NCBI GenBank assembly: GCA_973895155.1
Contig: OZ316895.1
Location: 13,503,186 to 13,567,185, forward strand
Length of the DNA stretch: 64,000 bases
Direction: 5' to 3'
From: Marsupella aquatica
Lineage: Eukaryota; Plantae; Marchantiophyta
Of the stretch, positions 1-13,930 are shown one piece after another; position 1 is the first letter of the stretch; each line of letters starts with the position of its first letter. Both the position numbers and the translations under genes were made by a program. Below the pieces are notes generated by a model. The model was not told where the DNA came from. It searched no databases and was given only the letters and a program-made list of their open reading frames with translations.

Positions 1-1287
1 AGTAGCTTCTCCTCTGATTTATGACTGAGTCCCTTCTAATTGTTGGGCTAAATTGTGATTGATTTGCTCAGGAGTAGCCATAGCTCACAACTGCTGTAAA
101 TTGTAGCAGCTGGTCAATTCTCAGCACATGGATTCTCAATTGCCAGCCATTCTCTTTTGAATTTACTCAGCACAAGCTTACCTACCCGCAGATTGAATCA
201 GCCAGCACATTGAATCAGCCAGTAGAGTGAATCAGCCAGCAACATCCATGTTTTCCTTGGCAGCAAGCTCTATAGTCTATGTAGTGCCTGCCCTTTCTCA
301 ATTTGTCAGCATCCAGGCAGAGATCACGTTTACTAGACAGCTGCTGCATCAATTTCACATTGCCTAAGTTAGCCGATCTCGTGCTGGAGCAACAATAGCC
401 CACCATAGATTTTCCACCATGTGATTTCATAGTCTAATCACTCAACTCGCAGCCGCCCTCGTGCTTAGACTCCTTCCTGCCTCGTGCTAGGCTCGTCGCA
501 GCCGCGTCGTCGCGTTTCCACACTTAGAAAAAATTTGGTTCTCTCGCGGGAGAAAACTTTGTACTAGCCCTTTTTAAAGCCATGGCACAAATCACCCATA
601 GGTCTAAAAGAACTTCCGAGCATAGTTATGGGATCCTTGGACATAGGACTCCCTCCTGAATTTGTCAAACGCACTAAATACCCCGCACTGACTTTTCTAA
701 AAATACCTAAGTTTGCCCATATCTATAGGTTGCATTACTTTTCCCAATCTTTGAGGTGCTCCCAAAAACTAACCAAAGTTGATAAACTACTTCTTAGACT
801 TTCAAGGGATATTATGGGCTATACTATACCCAATTTTAACCTCGAACCAAAAATATCTACCCCTTGGCTAATTTCTCCGGGACCCGCTAGATGGTTATTT
901 TAAGTTCAGCCAAAATACTCACAATTCCTAGGTTGAGATCCTACTTCACTTCATAATTTTGCAGGGTTCCCTAGGGACCTCCCCGCACCCATGGGAGAAA
1001 TATTAGCCAAAAATGAGATGTTAGGTGTTGGGTCATTTTCCGGTCCCGACTTAGTCGCCTATCCTAACTAAGGAAAGAATATTTGCTGCCCTACCATAAA
1101 GACCTCACTTATCCCTTTACATCTTCTTAGAACAACATATTTTTCCCTTCCATGATTCCCTACTATCCTTCCTTAGTGACTTAGGGTTGCAAACCCTAAG
1201 TACTTTACTAATGCTAAAATGTATTTCTTACTAACCTTGTACAAAAAGCAAAAAAAATGATGAGTTTCTTACATACCCTATTTTGAG

Positions 1288-2829
1288 CTAGTCCACACTT
1301 GGGGATGACTCAAGAGAATTATCATAAGATCTATAAGTTTCACCATCTGAGGGTGGATCAGAGTCTTCAGGTAGATCTTCTCTATCGTAAGGGTGGTCAT
1401 ATTGTGACCGATTGTAGGTGGGTCCTTCTGTGGGTTCGTAGTTGGAATCAGGGCTGTAAGGTTGCGAACCTGGGCTAGGAGTAGGACTAGCAGTTGGACA
1501 TTGTTGGATCAAGTTGCGGACCACAGATGCTATCTGTCGAGGTTCACACTATAGTATTTCTAACAAGTCATCCACATTGGCCACACAATTGGTACTATCT
1601 GCTAGTGGAACAGGTTCACTTGTTTCTAGGGGAGGGGGCTGTACAGTGACAGGAGTACAGATCACAAACTCCATTGGTGCTGGTTCTCTTGGGGAAGAGG
1701 TCATTCTGACAGGACTTAGCTGGTCATGAAATGGTGATCTCAAACTAACAGCCTCCATTCTCAAATTATTAACAGCATCATATAGTCCATCATCACTGCA
1801 ACTGAGGAGAGATGTCAACTTATCAATAAGCTGCTGATTTGACTCTCCCTTCGAAGGAGTGGACCTGGTGGTCTGATGGGGAGTAGCATCAGTTGGTGTA
1901 GCAACATCGTCTTGTTGATGAATGCTCCTTACTTCTTCAGCTTCTAGTGGATCTGCATCCATAGTCCGGCTAGGGAAATTCTCATTACTTATTGGATGAA
2001 AAACAACTTCCCTGTTATGCATAGGAGAATGTGTAGGAACTTCTAATGAAGCATCCTCCATAGGAACATCAGCATTCTCCTCAACGTTCTGATCATTCGA
2101 ATTCAAAGGGGTGACATGTACAATGTCGTCCATAGGAATTTCTTCTTCAATACCCAGGTCAATTAGGAGTAACCCCCTCTCTATCTCTTCCTCCAGATAT
2201 AAACAGTCATGGGTATAATAGAGCTGAGAGAGATAATTCTGTAAGCAAGTGGTCCTCCCCGCTTCCAAGCTCGTTACTTGATCCTTCATTACATTAAACA
2301 GAAGTAGGGCCCAATTTACTTTTATAGCTCCACTGTGAGCAGCTACAATGGTGTTAGCCAAGGCCACAGGACAGAGAGTTGGCTTTTTTGGATGAAGAAT
2401 GGGTACTAGGAATTCCATGAGCACTCTCAATTCAGGATAAGTACACTGGGACAAGTTCCAACCATTCTTGGCATTTCGAGTTCCTGAGAAGTATGGAGTA
2501 GATAAGTCCTGCTTCTTGGAATATAACGCCTCTCCTTCTGACGGGCATCCAAAGGCGTAAGCAATTTGCTCAACAGTCCACAGGCTGGGGTGAGCTCGAA
2601 TCGTTCGCCTGAATTCAATCGGAATGATAGTCCCCTTTACAAAATCCTGTAAGTATGAGTCGAGCTCAACATTCCAAGGAATCTTGAGTAAGCGTTCCAA
2701 TCCTAAGTGCTATAAAGAGTCTTGTAAATTAGAAAGACTATCAGGCGCTCGTGGTATACGAGTTGCCACTACTTTTGAGACTGCTGGAGCTTTAATTTGA
2801 TACTGTTTCTCAGCACCCAGGTTCGCCAT
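1288..2829 (-). pseudogene. Decayed accessory ORF of the type associated with bryophyte Ty3/gypsy LTR retrotransposons (~513 codons, two in-frame TAG stops)
   Basis: ORFs 2710..3072 (from ATG at 2829, MANLGAEKQ...), 1549..2700 and 1288..1524 are in one frame, separated only by TAG at 2710-2712 and 1549-1551. Motifs IRAHPSLWT, FSGTRNAKNGW, LMEFLVPILHPKKPT, ANTIVAAHSGAIKVNW and LSQLY resemble, from recall, multicopy TE-associated hypothetical proteins of Marchantia and mosses. Low-complexity acidic C-terminus, no introns. Confidence 0.6.
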
Positions 2830-5800
2830 AGCCACGACGGTGATTTGCGTGCTACAAAGGTTGCTTTTGAAGAGAAAGAGCAAGTGAATAGGGGTGGTGA
2901 AAATACAGGAGTGAGCGCCTGAACTCTCTGCTTGATTCCTATCAAGGTATGAAGTCCCCAATCCGTTTCTAAGTCCCGTTGCGAAGTTAGCCATAGCGCC
3001 GTAACGTACACTTTCCTTAAACGCGTAAGGTGTAGGCCGTAACCCCGTATCGGCATAAACACGTAAACCCATAAACCCGTAAACCCATAACGCTTATACG
3101 CGTAAATGCGTAATCCTGTTATAAAGTATACCCGTAGTTTACACTTGGCATTTTAACAGCAACAGCAGGCTTAAACACTGTAAAAAGTTTAAATTTTTCA
3201 GTAATTTCAGGTTTTCGGTATTACCCAATACTCACACAGTATGTTTGGTATGTGTGCTATATGAGCCGATAAGGTTCCGTTAGGTTTGTGTGAGAGGGTA
3301 CTTCTCATTTGTGAGGCATTGAAAGGTCATCTTTCAATGTTGAGCCTTGGAGAGAGAGGAGCTTGAGTGTGGCTATGGTGGCTGTGAGCTCCGCTTGTGT
3401 AACGTGGATTCCTTGAGTAGTGCAAGGTGCGTTGGCTTGACATACGTGTGTGATCGGATCGGTGCGGGATCGATGGGGTATTGTTGACCGGGATCGTTGT
3501 GCCGATTGTAGCAAGATTATTGTGGGTTTTGGACATGTGTGGACATGAGTTCCACTTGTATTCCATTCTCTTGTGTTTGTGATGTGACAGTGTGACTATG
3601 TTTGGATGTATGTGACAAGCGATGTATGTTGTGTAGCGATGTGTATACGCACGACAAACTTCTAGAATAAAAGTTTAATCCTTGGTTTAATTTGAACAGG
3701 CTAAGAGTGGGTTCCTACCTACAATATGCTCATAACTAGTATTGTTAAATGAAAAGATAACTAGCCGCAGGGTTCCCCTGGGTTCCCGCCGGCTCAAGTA
3801 GCTGGCTTAGTTAAAAGTCATACTAAAACTCAATAACTATTGCTAGTTAGAGTCAGATGCTGGGCGAGTACTTAACCAGAAAGTTAAGTGACTTGACTTT
3901 TTTCCCATATCCGAGAGGGTTTGCATCTTGTTGCCTGAGGTGCAAGCAAAATGGTGCGAGCAACGAGGATTTGCTTAGCTCTGTTAGATTTTGGTTTGTC
4001 GTATGCATTCAGGCAAACATTTGTAGCCAGGCAAGTCGTCTGGGATTCTCTGTTGACTGGCCTCATGGCAGCCCAAGGTTCAGTTTGCTATGGTTTATGG
4101 AAATTGCAAAGTTTGTCAAGTTTGTCAAAGTGAAGCCTACTGTTGTGAGCAGAGGAGGGGTCGGAGTAGGGCCAGTGGCAGGATCTCGTATGTGGAAGTG
4201 CTGCTACTGGGGCAATTAATTTGACAGGGAAAAGTGGAATTCTCCTGGTGATTTGGTTTTACAGGGATTGTTATCGCCACCTCTCGAAAGCTCACCTGAG
4301 TCTGTTAGTAACCTAAACAGGAGCTGTGGGACATGTAAAACTACCATTTGAAGAGAGTTGGAAATACTTGAGCTGAATTGAATTGAAAATGTTGATTGCT
4401 TTGAGAATGTGAAGGATCGTTGGGGAAAATAGAGCAAATGACCTATCAAGCAACAACAAAGGAAACTGAAGGTGAAACAACAAACAAAGTGCATATATGT
4501 ACATAAGAGATAGACTTTCAAACGAGTAAGGACTGAGATAGTTAACAAGAACACAAGCGAAGGAAGAAGAGATTCTGAGGTACAGCGCTATGAAGTAACG
4601 TTACCAAAATGCCATGAGATAAGGATTGAAAGGAGGATAAGAGGAATCAGGAAGGAAGGGACTCTTATGATCTTGAGAGATGAATGGCATTGAAGATAAA
4701 GAAAAGTAGGGAAGAGAGGGATTGAGAAATCGGGAATGACTTTTTTGAAGAGATTCAAATTAAGGAAAGGATCAAGAAGCGAGACACAAACCTCTTAAGA
4801 AAGTCAAATCAATCAATCCATTGTTGCCGTAGCCACTCAATCATTCTGCACACGATGAATGCACGCTGTGAGCTTCAGGCTGCATGATACTTTTCACCCT
4901 CCATCAGAGAACAAATTGATGGTAAATGTTGATATTTTTCACCCTCAGTCAAAGGACAAAAAATATTGATCTTGAAACTAGCAACCAGGTTAGGCCAAAA
5001 ATCCTGTTTGGAACACTTTTTAACTTCTTTAAAGTTAACTTTCCAGAATTCATGAGAGTTAACTCCCAGTCACTCTAAATATCCCTAACAGTGGATGGGA
5101 ACCTACCCTACCTCCCTTATTGATGAGTCAAACTGAATGAGAATTTGACCGATTGTATTCCTCATTGTTGAGTCATACCAAATGAGAATTTGACAGATTG
5201 TATTCTTCTTGCTGCTATCTTTCCCTTCTTCTTCCTGTGGGATTGTATTCAAATCACAATGTCATTTGAACACAGCGCCAGGTTGAAACAAGTTTTTGCT
5301 CATGGAAACCAAAAAAAATTCAATTTTTGAACACAACGTACACGATGTGTTGGGGGAAGACAGTAGTGCCATCCTGGTTCTGAGCATTGTGAGGTAGACA
5401 CTGACTTTTCAGTATAGTCTATATTCTTCTGTTTCTGGTGGTTGGACCTACTGTACCCTTTCACATTATTTCCATTTTCTCCTCTCCATTTTAATGAGGA
5501 CCCACTCACTTGCCCTCTCATGGAATCTAGCATTGTCCACTCCTTTACACAAGGGATATTCTTAAATCCAACCTCCTTTATGGCCAAATGTGATCACCGA
5601 ACTTGCTGGGATGGACTGTCCCAACTAGAATGGGGAGATTTGAAATATCACTTTTTACTTGCAGAGCATTTTACCTTTGTATAATGCTCACTTTTTTGGG
5701 CGTCCAAAAATGCTTGGTCCATTGGAGTCTTGAGATCAGACATTGTCGTTCACTTGAGCATCTGACTTGTCACTATTTTATTTAGGTTCGATTGGCCTTA

Positions 5801-8800
5801 TGACCTGTCACCCCTCAATTCTTCCATTTGGAAATTGCAGTTATATTTTTTGGAATATGCAAGTACAATGACAAGGCATGAAAAGAAAGCATAATGTAGG
5901 ACTACGTTAGGAACCACTCCCTGGTAGAAAGAGTACACTTGAGAGGCTATGACTGAGGTTTGAGCCAACCTAACGATGCTAAGCAAGGGTTTAGATCACT
6001 ATTCTATATTAGCTTGTGAGCTTTGTAGAAAGTTCCAGAAACTCATCTATTATTCTATTTGCAACCCAAATGTTGCATTGGTTCACTTGGCGAGGGGGCC
6101 TATAACTCACTTGTTAGCGGTTACTAAAGTTTTAATGCCCAAATTGCTTTTGCATAGGTCATATTTCTCGTTCACTTCTCCAGTAGGACTAAACCAATGA
6201 GTTCTTGTTTCCAAACTTACTACAAAAAACCAAGATCCTGGCGGGTTCTTGACTCAAGGGGTTAACTTAGTGTTCATGATTGCATGTGAAAGCCTTTGAA
6301 TTCAAACCCTCAACATTCCCGAATGTACCACGTAAAAGCAGATTTTGCTTGTCCACAAGATCTGTGTCACTTTTTGTCTCATTCTCAAATCAAAGGTCAG
6401 GACATAAAGGACTAGATCGTTTCAGGACTTTGCCCTTGGAACCCTCAATGATTGCCATGAGGACTGCCTGGGGAGGGGGATGAGGTATGAAAGTCTCACA
6501 TTCTTATGTTCATCAGTGTATTTAAAAGTCTGTTTTTTTAGGACCTTCTACATGCAAGGCAGCCTTTAGTGTGCACAGGTAGGATTGCTCTAAGAACAAT
6601 GCCATCATTTTGGCTGGATCACATATTTTAAAGTGTAGAAGGACAGCTCTACTCCTCAATTTTAAAATTCTTCTCCTTTCCTGAGAATCATGGACAAGTG
6701 CACTTCTGAACGCCTCAAGACTCCTGAAATTGAGGGGAAGGTGGGAAATGGTCAGAAAGAAAGATGTTGCATGATTGAAGTCCACTCTCACGCAAAACGT
6801 GGGTTATAAACTCTCTATATCGATTCTTTTTCTTGTTCTTTTTTTCGGTGTCGGAGTGTGTGTGTTAAACTTTCGATACTAACCGTCAAGGCCGTACCGG
6901 GGATAGGGCAGCTCCAATCAGGGTTGTACCGACCCGGAAGGAGGTACAGTAGCTGCCCCTCGGGACGAGCCGGTTTGCTGCCCGACGAAGCAACCCAGTT
7001 GGCCGCCCGTCGTCCCTGAGAAAACCGACTGCGAAAGTTTTTTCTGAAGCGGTGGCCTGACGTCGTCCACATGACCGTTAGGCTTCCTGCCTGCCAGCAT
7101 CAAAAACTTTCGCAATCATCACGAGATTCCGAAAAGTATGCTCCCATGGACCCCGCTCGTCAACCGTGCCTCCCCCATGGACCATGACGCGTTTTGCACC
7201 TTCGCCCGTTGACACCTTCTTGTTTCCCAAGAAACTTTCGAGAGTAAAATTTTGACTAATATAAGTGTTCGTATTCAATAATGGAACTGGGTCTTCTAGG
7301 GCTTTGTTAGAGCGGGTTCGAGATTTTTTCCAGCCAGGCTCGTATCCAATCCAATCCAATGATATATGATTTCTTTGATTTTTTCTGGAAACAGCTTCGA
7401 AAGATCTTTTGGATCTCTTAATCTCATCAAATTTGATTTAAACTTGTGAGATTGTGTTCTATTTTAATTTTAATTGTAAAGCTGTCTAATTTTCTTGGCA
7501 CATTTCATTCATTGGTGTAAAATGTATTAGATATGAACAGAAACCCATGTTTTGCTCCCATCCATCCCCAAAAATATATCCAAGAATTTTGGCAAAACAA
7601 TGGGGTCCATCTGGACTTCAATTTCCAAAATTCCTAACATATCCCCCACAGCTTGTAATTATATCAAAGCAATTAATTGGTAACCTAATCAGAGATGGTG
7701 AAACCTAATATTCTGGGAATCTAGAATGCACGTCGAGATTATCCGAAAAATTAGTTCGTGTTTTTCCTTCCTCTCGGAGCCAATCAACAACGCCCCAATA
7801 AAAGGGATTCGAAATCGAAATTCATTACCTGAGATTTCAGCCAGAGCGCTGGCCGTCGCCAATTGGCGAGCCGTCGTTGCGAACCGGAAGACACCGACGA
7901 AGGAGTTCAGAAGCGGCGGACGGCGGACGGCTGACTGGAAGACTCGGCACTCCGCCCGTAGGGCTGCCCGTCTGAACGCTGAACCAGCCTGCCTGCCTGC
8001 GTGCCTGCCTGCCTGAACAACCCAGTTGGCCGCCGGTCATTGCAAACCGGGACCACGCACGAAGGAGTTCAGAAGCGACGGACCTCAACACAGAGCTGAC
8101 TGCCCGCTTTCCTGCCCGATCTTCTTCCCGTCGAGACAAACTGCACTTGGGCAAGGGCAGCGTTTTGTCACTGACGAAACTCCCCTACATTCCACATTCA
8201 CTTTTGTGAAGATTCACTCGTTTGTTCAGTAGGTTTTCTGCCTTCAATTAGCCATGCATCTAACGGTCTTCCCTAAATACAGGGAAATCAGTCAGCTAAA
8301 ATCTAAAGGTCATCCTTAACTCTTGATTCTTGGAAGGTCCAATTCACTCTTGTACAGTAGCCTTTCTGGCATCAATTCGCCAGTTTTTCAAGTAGCAACA
8401 AACCCCACTAGCTAATACGGTCATTCTTAAATCTAGCGAGATCTGACAATAAGATAAAGTTAGATAGAGAATGTTTTTAGCATTTCACACATGGTTGGCG
8501 AAAAAGGAAAAATCGTAACCATTACGGCCGGGCAAACGGGCAGCGGAAGCGGAAGCGGGCAGGGGAGAGCACAGCGGCAGAGCGAGCGTGGGCTGGGGCA
8601 GACCGCACGCACTACCAGTACACAGTGCAGCACGGCAGGGTCGGGCAGGGAAGGGCAGGGCAGGGCAGGGCAAGGCGGGGAAAGGCAGGAGGACTGGAGG
8701 AGGTCCTCTCGTTGCGGTCACAGCTGAGCTGAGCTGCGAATGCCCGCGTGGCTGTCCGTCGGTCAATACTCGCCTCCCTTCACCACGCTGTTCTCGATCG

Positions 8801-9431
8801 ATCGACAGTGCGTGGCCCCGCTGTCAGAAAGTGAGCTCGATTCGGAAAGAACGGTCCGACCCAGAGGTCCGGGACCCATAATAATAAGTGTGCAGACGAG
8901 TCCTTGGTCTCTCATCAAGCGAAGCACCGCCAAGCAACGCTGAGAGAATCACCGCACAACGCAATCAGAGCGAGACAGACTCTCCACCTTCGACTTTGTG
9001 TATGTATATTACTACTGCACTGAACTCCTCTGGACCCTTCTACTCTTCTCTACTCTGCTGATGGCGGTGATTGATTTCGATTGAAGAAGTTTTTGCCAAC
9101 ATTCGTGGTGATTGTAATTTGTGTTGGTGGGTAGACGGTTGGCTGCAGGTACTCTTGTTGTGATTTGAATCTCGTGTGTGTACTGGTTGGTTGATTGAGT
9201 AAGACCCCGTCCGGCCGACATGGATTGATTGATGATTGATTGATTGATTTCGACAGAGGTTCTGGCAATTGTGCCGATAATGAGATTTCCGTTCGATAGA
9301 TGTGATTGATGGGGCTCAAGGTTTGTGATATTTATCGACAATTTTATTGACATTGTACAGAGATCTGTCATTTGTCTAGCTGAGGAGGACGCACAGCCAA
9401 CGGTAGGGCAAAGAAAGAGAGAGGCAGAGAA

Positions 9432-12217
9432 ATGGCAGCCAATGGCACCCATGCTAATGGGGAAACGAACGGCTACGTGAACTCTACGGGGTTCTACGAG
9501 GCCACCAATCTCGACAAGGAGACGTACTGGCCGGAGAAGAAGCTGAAGATTTGCGTCACAGGAGCCGGAGGGTTCATCGCGTCGCACATTGCCAAGAGGT
9601 TGAAGAGCGAGGGACATTATGTGGTTGCTGCAGATTGGAAGAAGAATGAGCACATGCCCGAGAACTTGTTCTGCGACGAGTTCCACCTGGTGGATCTGAG
9701 GGTGTTCGATAATTGCATGCTCGTCACCAAGGGTGTGGAGCATGTCTTCAACTTGGCCGCCGACATGGGGGGCATGGGCTTCATCCAATCGAATCATAGT
9801 GTTATCATGTACAACAACACTATGATCAGCTTCAACATGCTGGAAGCTGCTCGCATCAACGGCATTAAGAGGTTTCGTCTTCTCCAATTCCCGGTTCTTT
9901 CTATGTCATACTTTCATCTGGGCTTGCATCGGCCGGGCACTTTTAATTGATCTATGTGTGCTGGGTTCAGATGTATGTATTCCTCTGGCTTATTTTTTTA
10001 GTTCCGGATGTTGTTTATAGCTATGTACTTCTGTGTCTCACAGTTCAAGTGTCAGGTCTTACGGCTTCATTGAAGCTTGGTCAAACGCCCTTGTCATAGA
10101 GATTGTGTGGTGTAAACATTGGGGACTGTAGGGTTTTCAACCTTTTGGAAACTATGTTGGCGATGGCAGCCGTGATCTGCTTCCGAGGATGAATACTAGT
10201 TCTGACAAGGAACGTTGACTTTGTAAGATATTGTAATCATCCTCAATTGCAGTCTCGTGGACCGTGGTTGTTGTCCACATATTGCCTTCAGGGGAATGTA
10301 TATTGTCCTCGCGCGTGCCGTCCCAGGATGTTGCCTAGTTCGTACCATGGGAGTCTGGATCTACCCTTCCATGTCAATGTGGTTTCTTTAATAGTAGAGT
10401 GATTATACTTGGTTGGAACAGAAATATCTTGTCCTGGACGGGATCTTTATGTGGATTTTGTAGAGGATTGAATTCCCTTGCAGTTTGGAGACTGATTAAA
10501 ATCCGCCTTTTGGTAATGTGAACAGATTCTTCTATGCATCGAGTGCTTGCATTTACCCCGAGTACAAGCAGCTTGATACTGCTTGTGTCAGTCTTAAGGA
10601 GTCTGATGCGTGGCCCGCCGAGGTGCGTAAATTTCGAAGACTACTCAAGGCCGATCAAAGTAGGCCTTTCATGAGTCGAATCATAGCAGTGTTGACTACA
10701 GATTGTCAGAATATATTATAGTTAGGTGGTAAGTGCTTTTCGTTCTAGTGTGGATTGTTGGGCTTTGTCTCTACGATATTGGTACATTTCCTCCGATCCC
10801 GATCTTCTTTAGAAGAAGCGTAGCCTAACCTTGATGGGAGCGGCTACATTGTTTTACAGCCACAAGATGCATACGGTTTGGAGAAGTTGGCCACCGAAGA
10901 ATTGTGTAAACATTACACAAAGGACTTCGGTATGCAGTGCAGGATTGCCCGCTTCCACAACATCTATGGCCCATACGGAACCTGGAAGGGTGCGCTATCT
11001 AGAACCAACAAACTTTTGGCGTTGTGATGAGTTTTTTGTCAGTGGTCGATGATTGGAAAGTTTTAACTGCATCTTTGAGCATCTGGTTATCATTTTAGCT
11101 GAGTTTATGGCTCTTGTTTGGCGTCAAACCATCTTATTGACCTCTTCTGGGAGTATCTTCGTTATAAAATGGTTCTCACCACGTTGGAGTCTTTGATGTG
11201 CAGGTGGACGTGAGAAAGCTCCGGCTGCCTTCTCAAGGAAAGCAATTACCTCTACAGAGGTCTTTGAAATGTGGGGTGATGGCAAGCAGACTCGCTCCTT
11301 CACTTTTATTGATGAGTGTGTGGAGGGTGTTTTAAGGTATGCCAAGTTGCTCTGTCATTCGACAGTAATTACTTTCGTTGGACGATCCTTTTGATATTAT
11401 ATATCAAATGAAGCCCTGGATCTCAATCCCCCAAGAGCTACAGGAATAATCGAAGACGGCCATGCTATGCTGCTAAACTCTTTTAGTTAATGCTCGAAGT
11501 GCAGCTACAGGGAGTAGTTGTTTCATTATTAATCTGATGCACGTGCCACGCTTCAGGTTGACAAAGTCAGACTACTCGGAGCCTTTAAATCTAGGAAGTG
11601 ACGAGATGGTCAGCATGAACGAAATGGCAGAGATCGTTCTCGGCTTCGATGGTAAGAAGCTGCCGATCAAGCACATCCCTGGACCTGAGGGCGTTCGAGG
11701 ACGCAACTCTGACAACACTTTGATCAAGGAGAAGTTGGGGTGGGCTCCTTCAATGAAATTGAAGGTGAGCTTTTTTGTTTTTGAATGCGGAATAATTTGG
11801 TGTTTCTATCAAATGTACGTCAGCTGAGGTGCTCTTACCGATCTAGTTGAACTGACATTGGGGAGGTCTCTTTTCCCAATTAAGGTTATCGTCATGTCTC
11901 AATATTTGTAGTACGTAGCTTGCTTTTTTGCTACTATGCCTTTTAGAGATCTGAGGCAGAGAACGGGCTGTGATATGCTGTTACCAGCTTTGAGCTGTGT
12001 AGGTTATAAAGTCTGAACAACTGTGATGTCTATGATGTGAATGCAGGATGGCCTGAGAATTACCTACTACTGGATCAAGGAGCAGGTTGAGAAAGAGAAG
12101 GCAAAGGGAACTAGTTTGGATGTTTACGCCTCGTCTAAAATCGTGGGAACCCAAGCCCCAGTTTCGTTGGGTGCCCTGCGTGATGCAGATGGCAAGGAAG
12201 CTTTTGGAAAAGCCTAG
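9432..12217 (+). CDS. GME: GDP-D-mannose 3,5-epimerase (ascorbate and L-galactose pathway, extended SDR family)
   Basis: Coding exons 9432-9871, 10526-10622, 10860-10989, 11204-11336, 11557-11764 and 12047-12217, all GT-AG and frame-compatible. Motifs: GAGGFIASH NAD-binding, FNLAADMGGMGFIQSNH, YASSACIYPE (catalytic Cys), AYGLEK (YxxxK), GGREKAPAA (catalytic Lys), GVRGRNSDN, ending ...DADGKEAFGKA*. Probable 5'UTR intron ~9000-9360. Confidence 0.97.
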
Positions 12218-13124
12218 GAATTTTTAATGGAGTAGCTATTTGCCCTCAACATATTCATTTTGTTTACCTGAGATTGGCCTACACTAATTTCAGTCTCTTA
12301 CCGCTCTCGCACACAAGCGAGACTGAGACATTGAGGTCTTCCAAACTTCCATTTGTATATTCCAGATAAATTAGACGAGGAAGGGAGGAGGACGTGGCTT
12401 ATCATGCAGTGAATACGAAGTGCCGCTGGTTGGACGGTTCGCCAGTCGTGAAAGAATTCTGGATAAACCGGAGGAGCTACTCAGAGATCTTGTGATATAC
12501 TCTGGAGAGTACTTAACGAATTGTAGCTCTTACTCGAAATAGAGCATCCAATCTCTGAATCTTAATAAATAGCAAAGTTCCCGCATTGGGAGAATTTAGA
12601 TCATAGTTGAGATTTCATTGAAGCAAAAGTTCGACATATTGAACTTTTTGCACTTTCCAGAGTAAATGCTCGCGACGTTCCTATCAAATCAATTGTCATG
12701 AATTGCAAGCGAAATAGAAGATGTTCTTGACGGTATTGATCCGAGCACCAGTGATTATTTGAGTGCGGAAAATTCTTGAATGGGTGCGAAATTGGAGTTT
12801 GAACAGTCTGAGTTCAACAGTCTTATTATGGAGTTGCAATTTCAGAACAAATGTTGCAATCTCCCGATCAAATCCGTCGTCATGGAAAACAGAGCTTGCT
12901 TCCTGAGGAAATTGTTGAATTCCATGGGTGGAATTCAACAATTCTTGTCGGGTACCAAATATACTGAAATGCAGCAATAACACACGAGTGTTAGCTTCAA
13001 GTACCAGTGTACTGGTTCGCTCCAATAACACTGTTCCTACCTGCACAATGCTTCGCAACTTAAAACCTGTTGGTCCCACATTATACCCATTGAAATGGCC
13101 CCATATGCGTAAGCTATGCTCCCA

Positions 13125-13930
13125 AAATGCAAAGTGGAGCTGCCCATGTTTTGCACACCAAAGTATTTCGGTGGCACCGATTACACCCATTGAATCGGCC
13201 CACGTAAGTTGTTCTGGCCCATACGGAGTTCGACATCTCTCCACTGCAAAGTGGGGCTGCCCATGTTTTGCACATCAAAGTATTGAATCGGCTCACGTAA
13301 GTTTTGGCCCATACGGAGTCTCCACTGCAAAGTTGGGCTGCCCATGTTTTGCACGTCAAAATATTTAGGTGGCACAGATTACACCATTGAGTCGGCCTGA
13401 ATTGGCCCACGTAAGTTCTGGTCCATAAGGAGTGTTGTGGCCCATACTGAGTATGACATCTCCATACCATGATAAACTTAGTTATTTTCTTTAAATCAGT
13501 GAGTGCACACCTTATATTACCACATTTTGATGTGGGATTACCGGCAAGGCAAATTGTTAGTCTCCAGTGCAAAATCAGCCTACCCATGCTTTGCAGATTA
13601 TTTTGTTGCCCCAAAGAAAAACCCATTGAATCAGCCTCATTGGCGTGAGTGCACACCTTATATTACCACATTTTGATGTGGGATTACCGGCAGGGCAAAT
13701 TGTTAGTCTCCAGTGCAAAATCAGCCTACCCATGCTTTGCAGATTATTTTGTTGCCCCAAAGAAAAACCCATTGAATCAGCCTCATTGGCGTGCAACACA
13801 TGCTTTGCACATCAAAATCTTTTGATGGCCCACTTTATATCACATGCAATTGGCCCCATACAAGTAAGTCATGCCCCCCAAAATATTAGCCTCCACTGCA
13901 AGGACTGCCCTTGCTTTGCACATCCAACTA
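13125..13930. repeat. Degenerate minisatellite/satellite array containing a near-perfect 2 x 146-bp duplication
   Basis: The core CTCCAcTGCAAA..GCTGCCCATGTTTTGCACA..CCCATTGAATCGGC recurs about 6 times. 13499-13644 and 13645-13790 are almost identical. Confidence 0.85.

Noticed and set aside
9012-9887. 291-aa minus-strand ORF
   Set aside because: Antisense shadow of GME exon 1 and its leader intron, with no recognisable domain.
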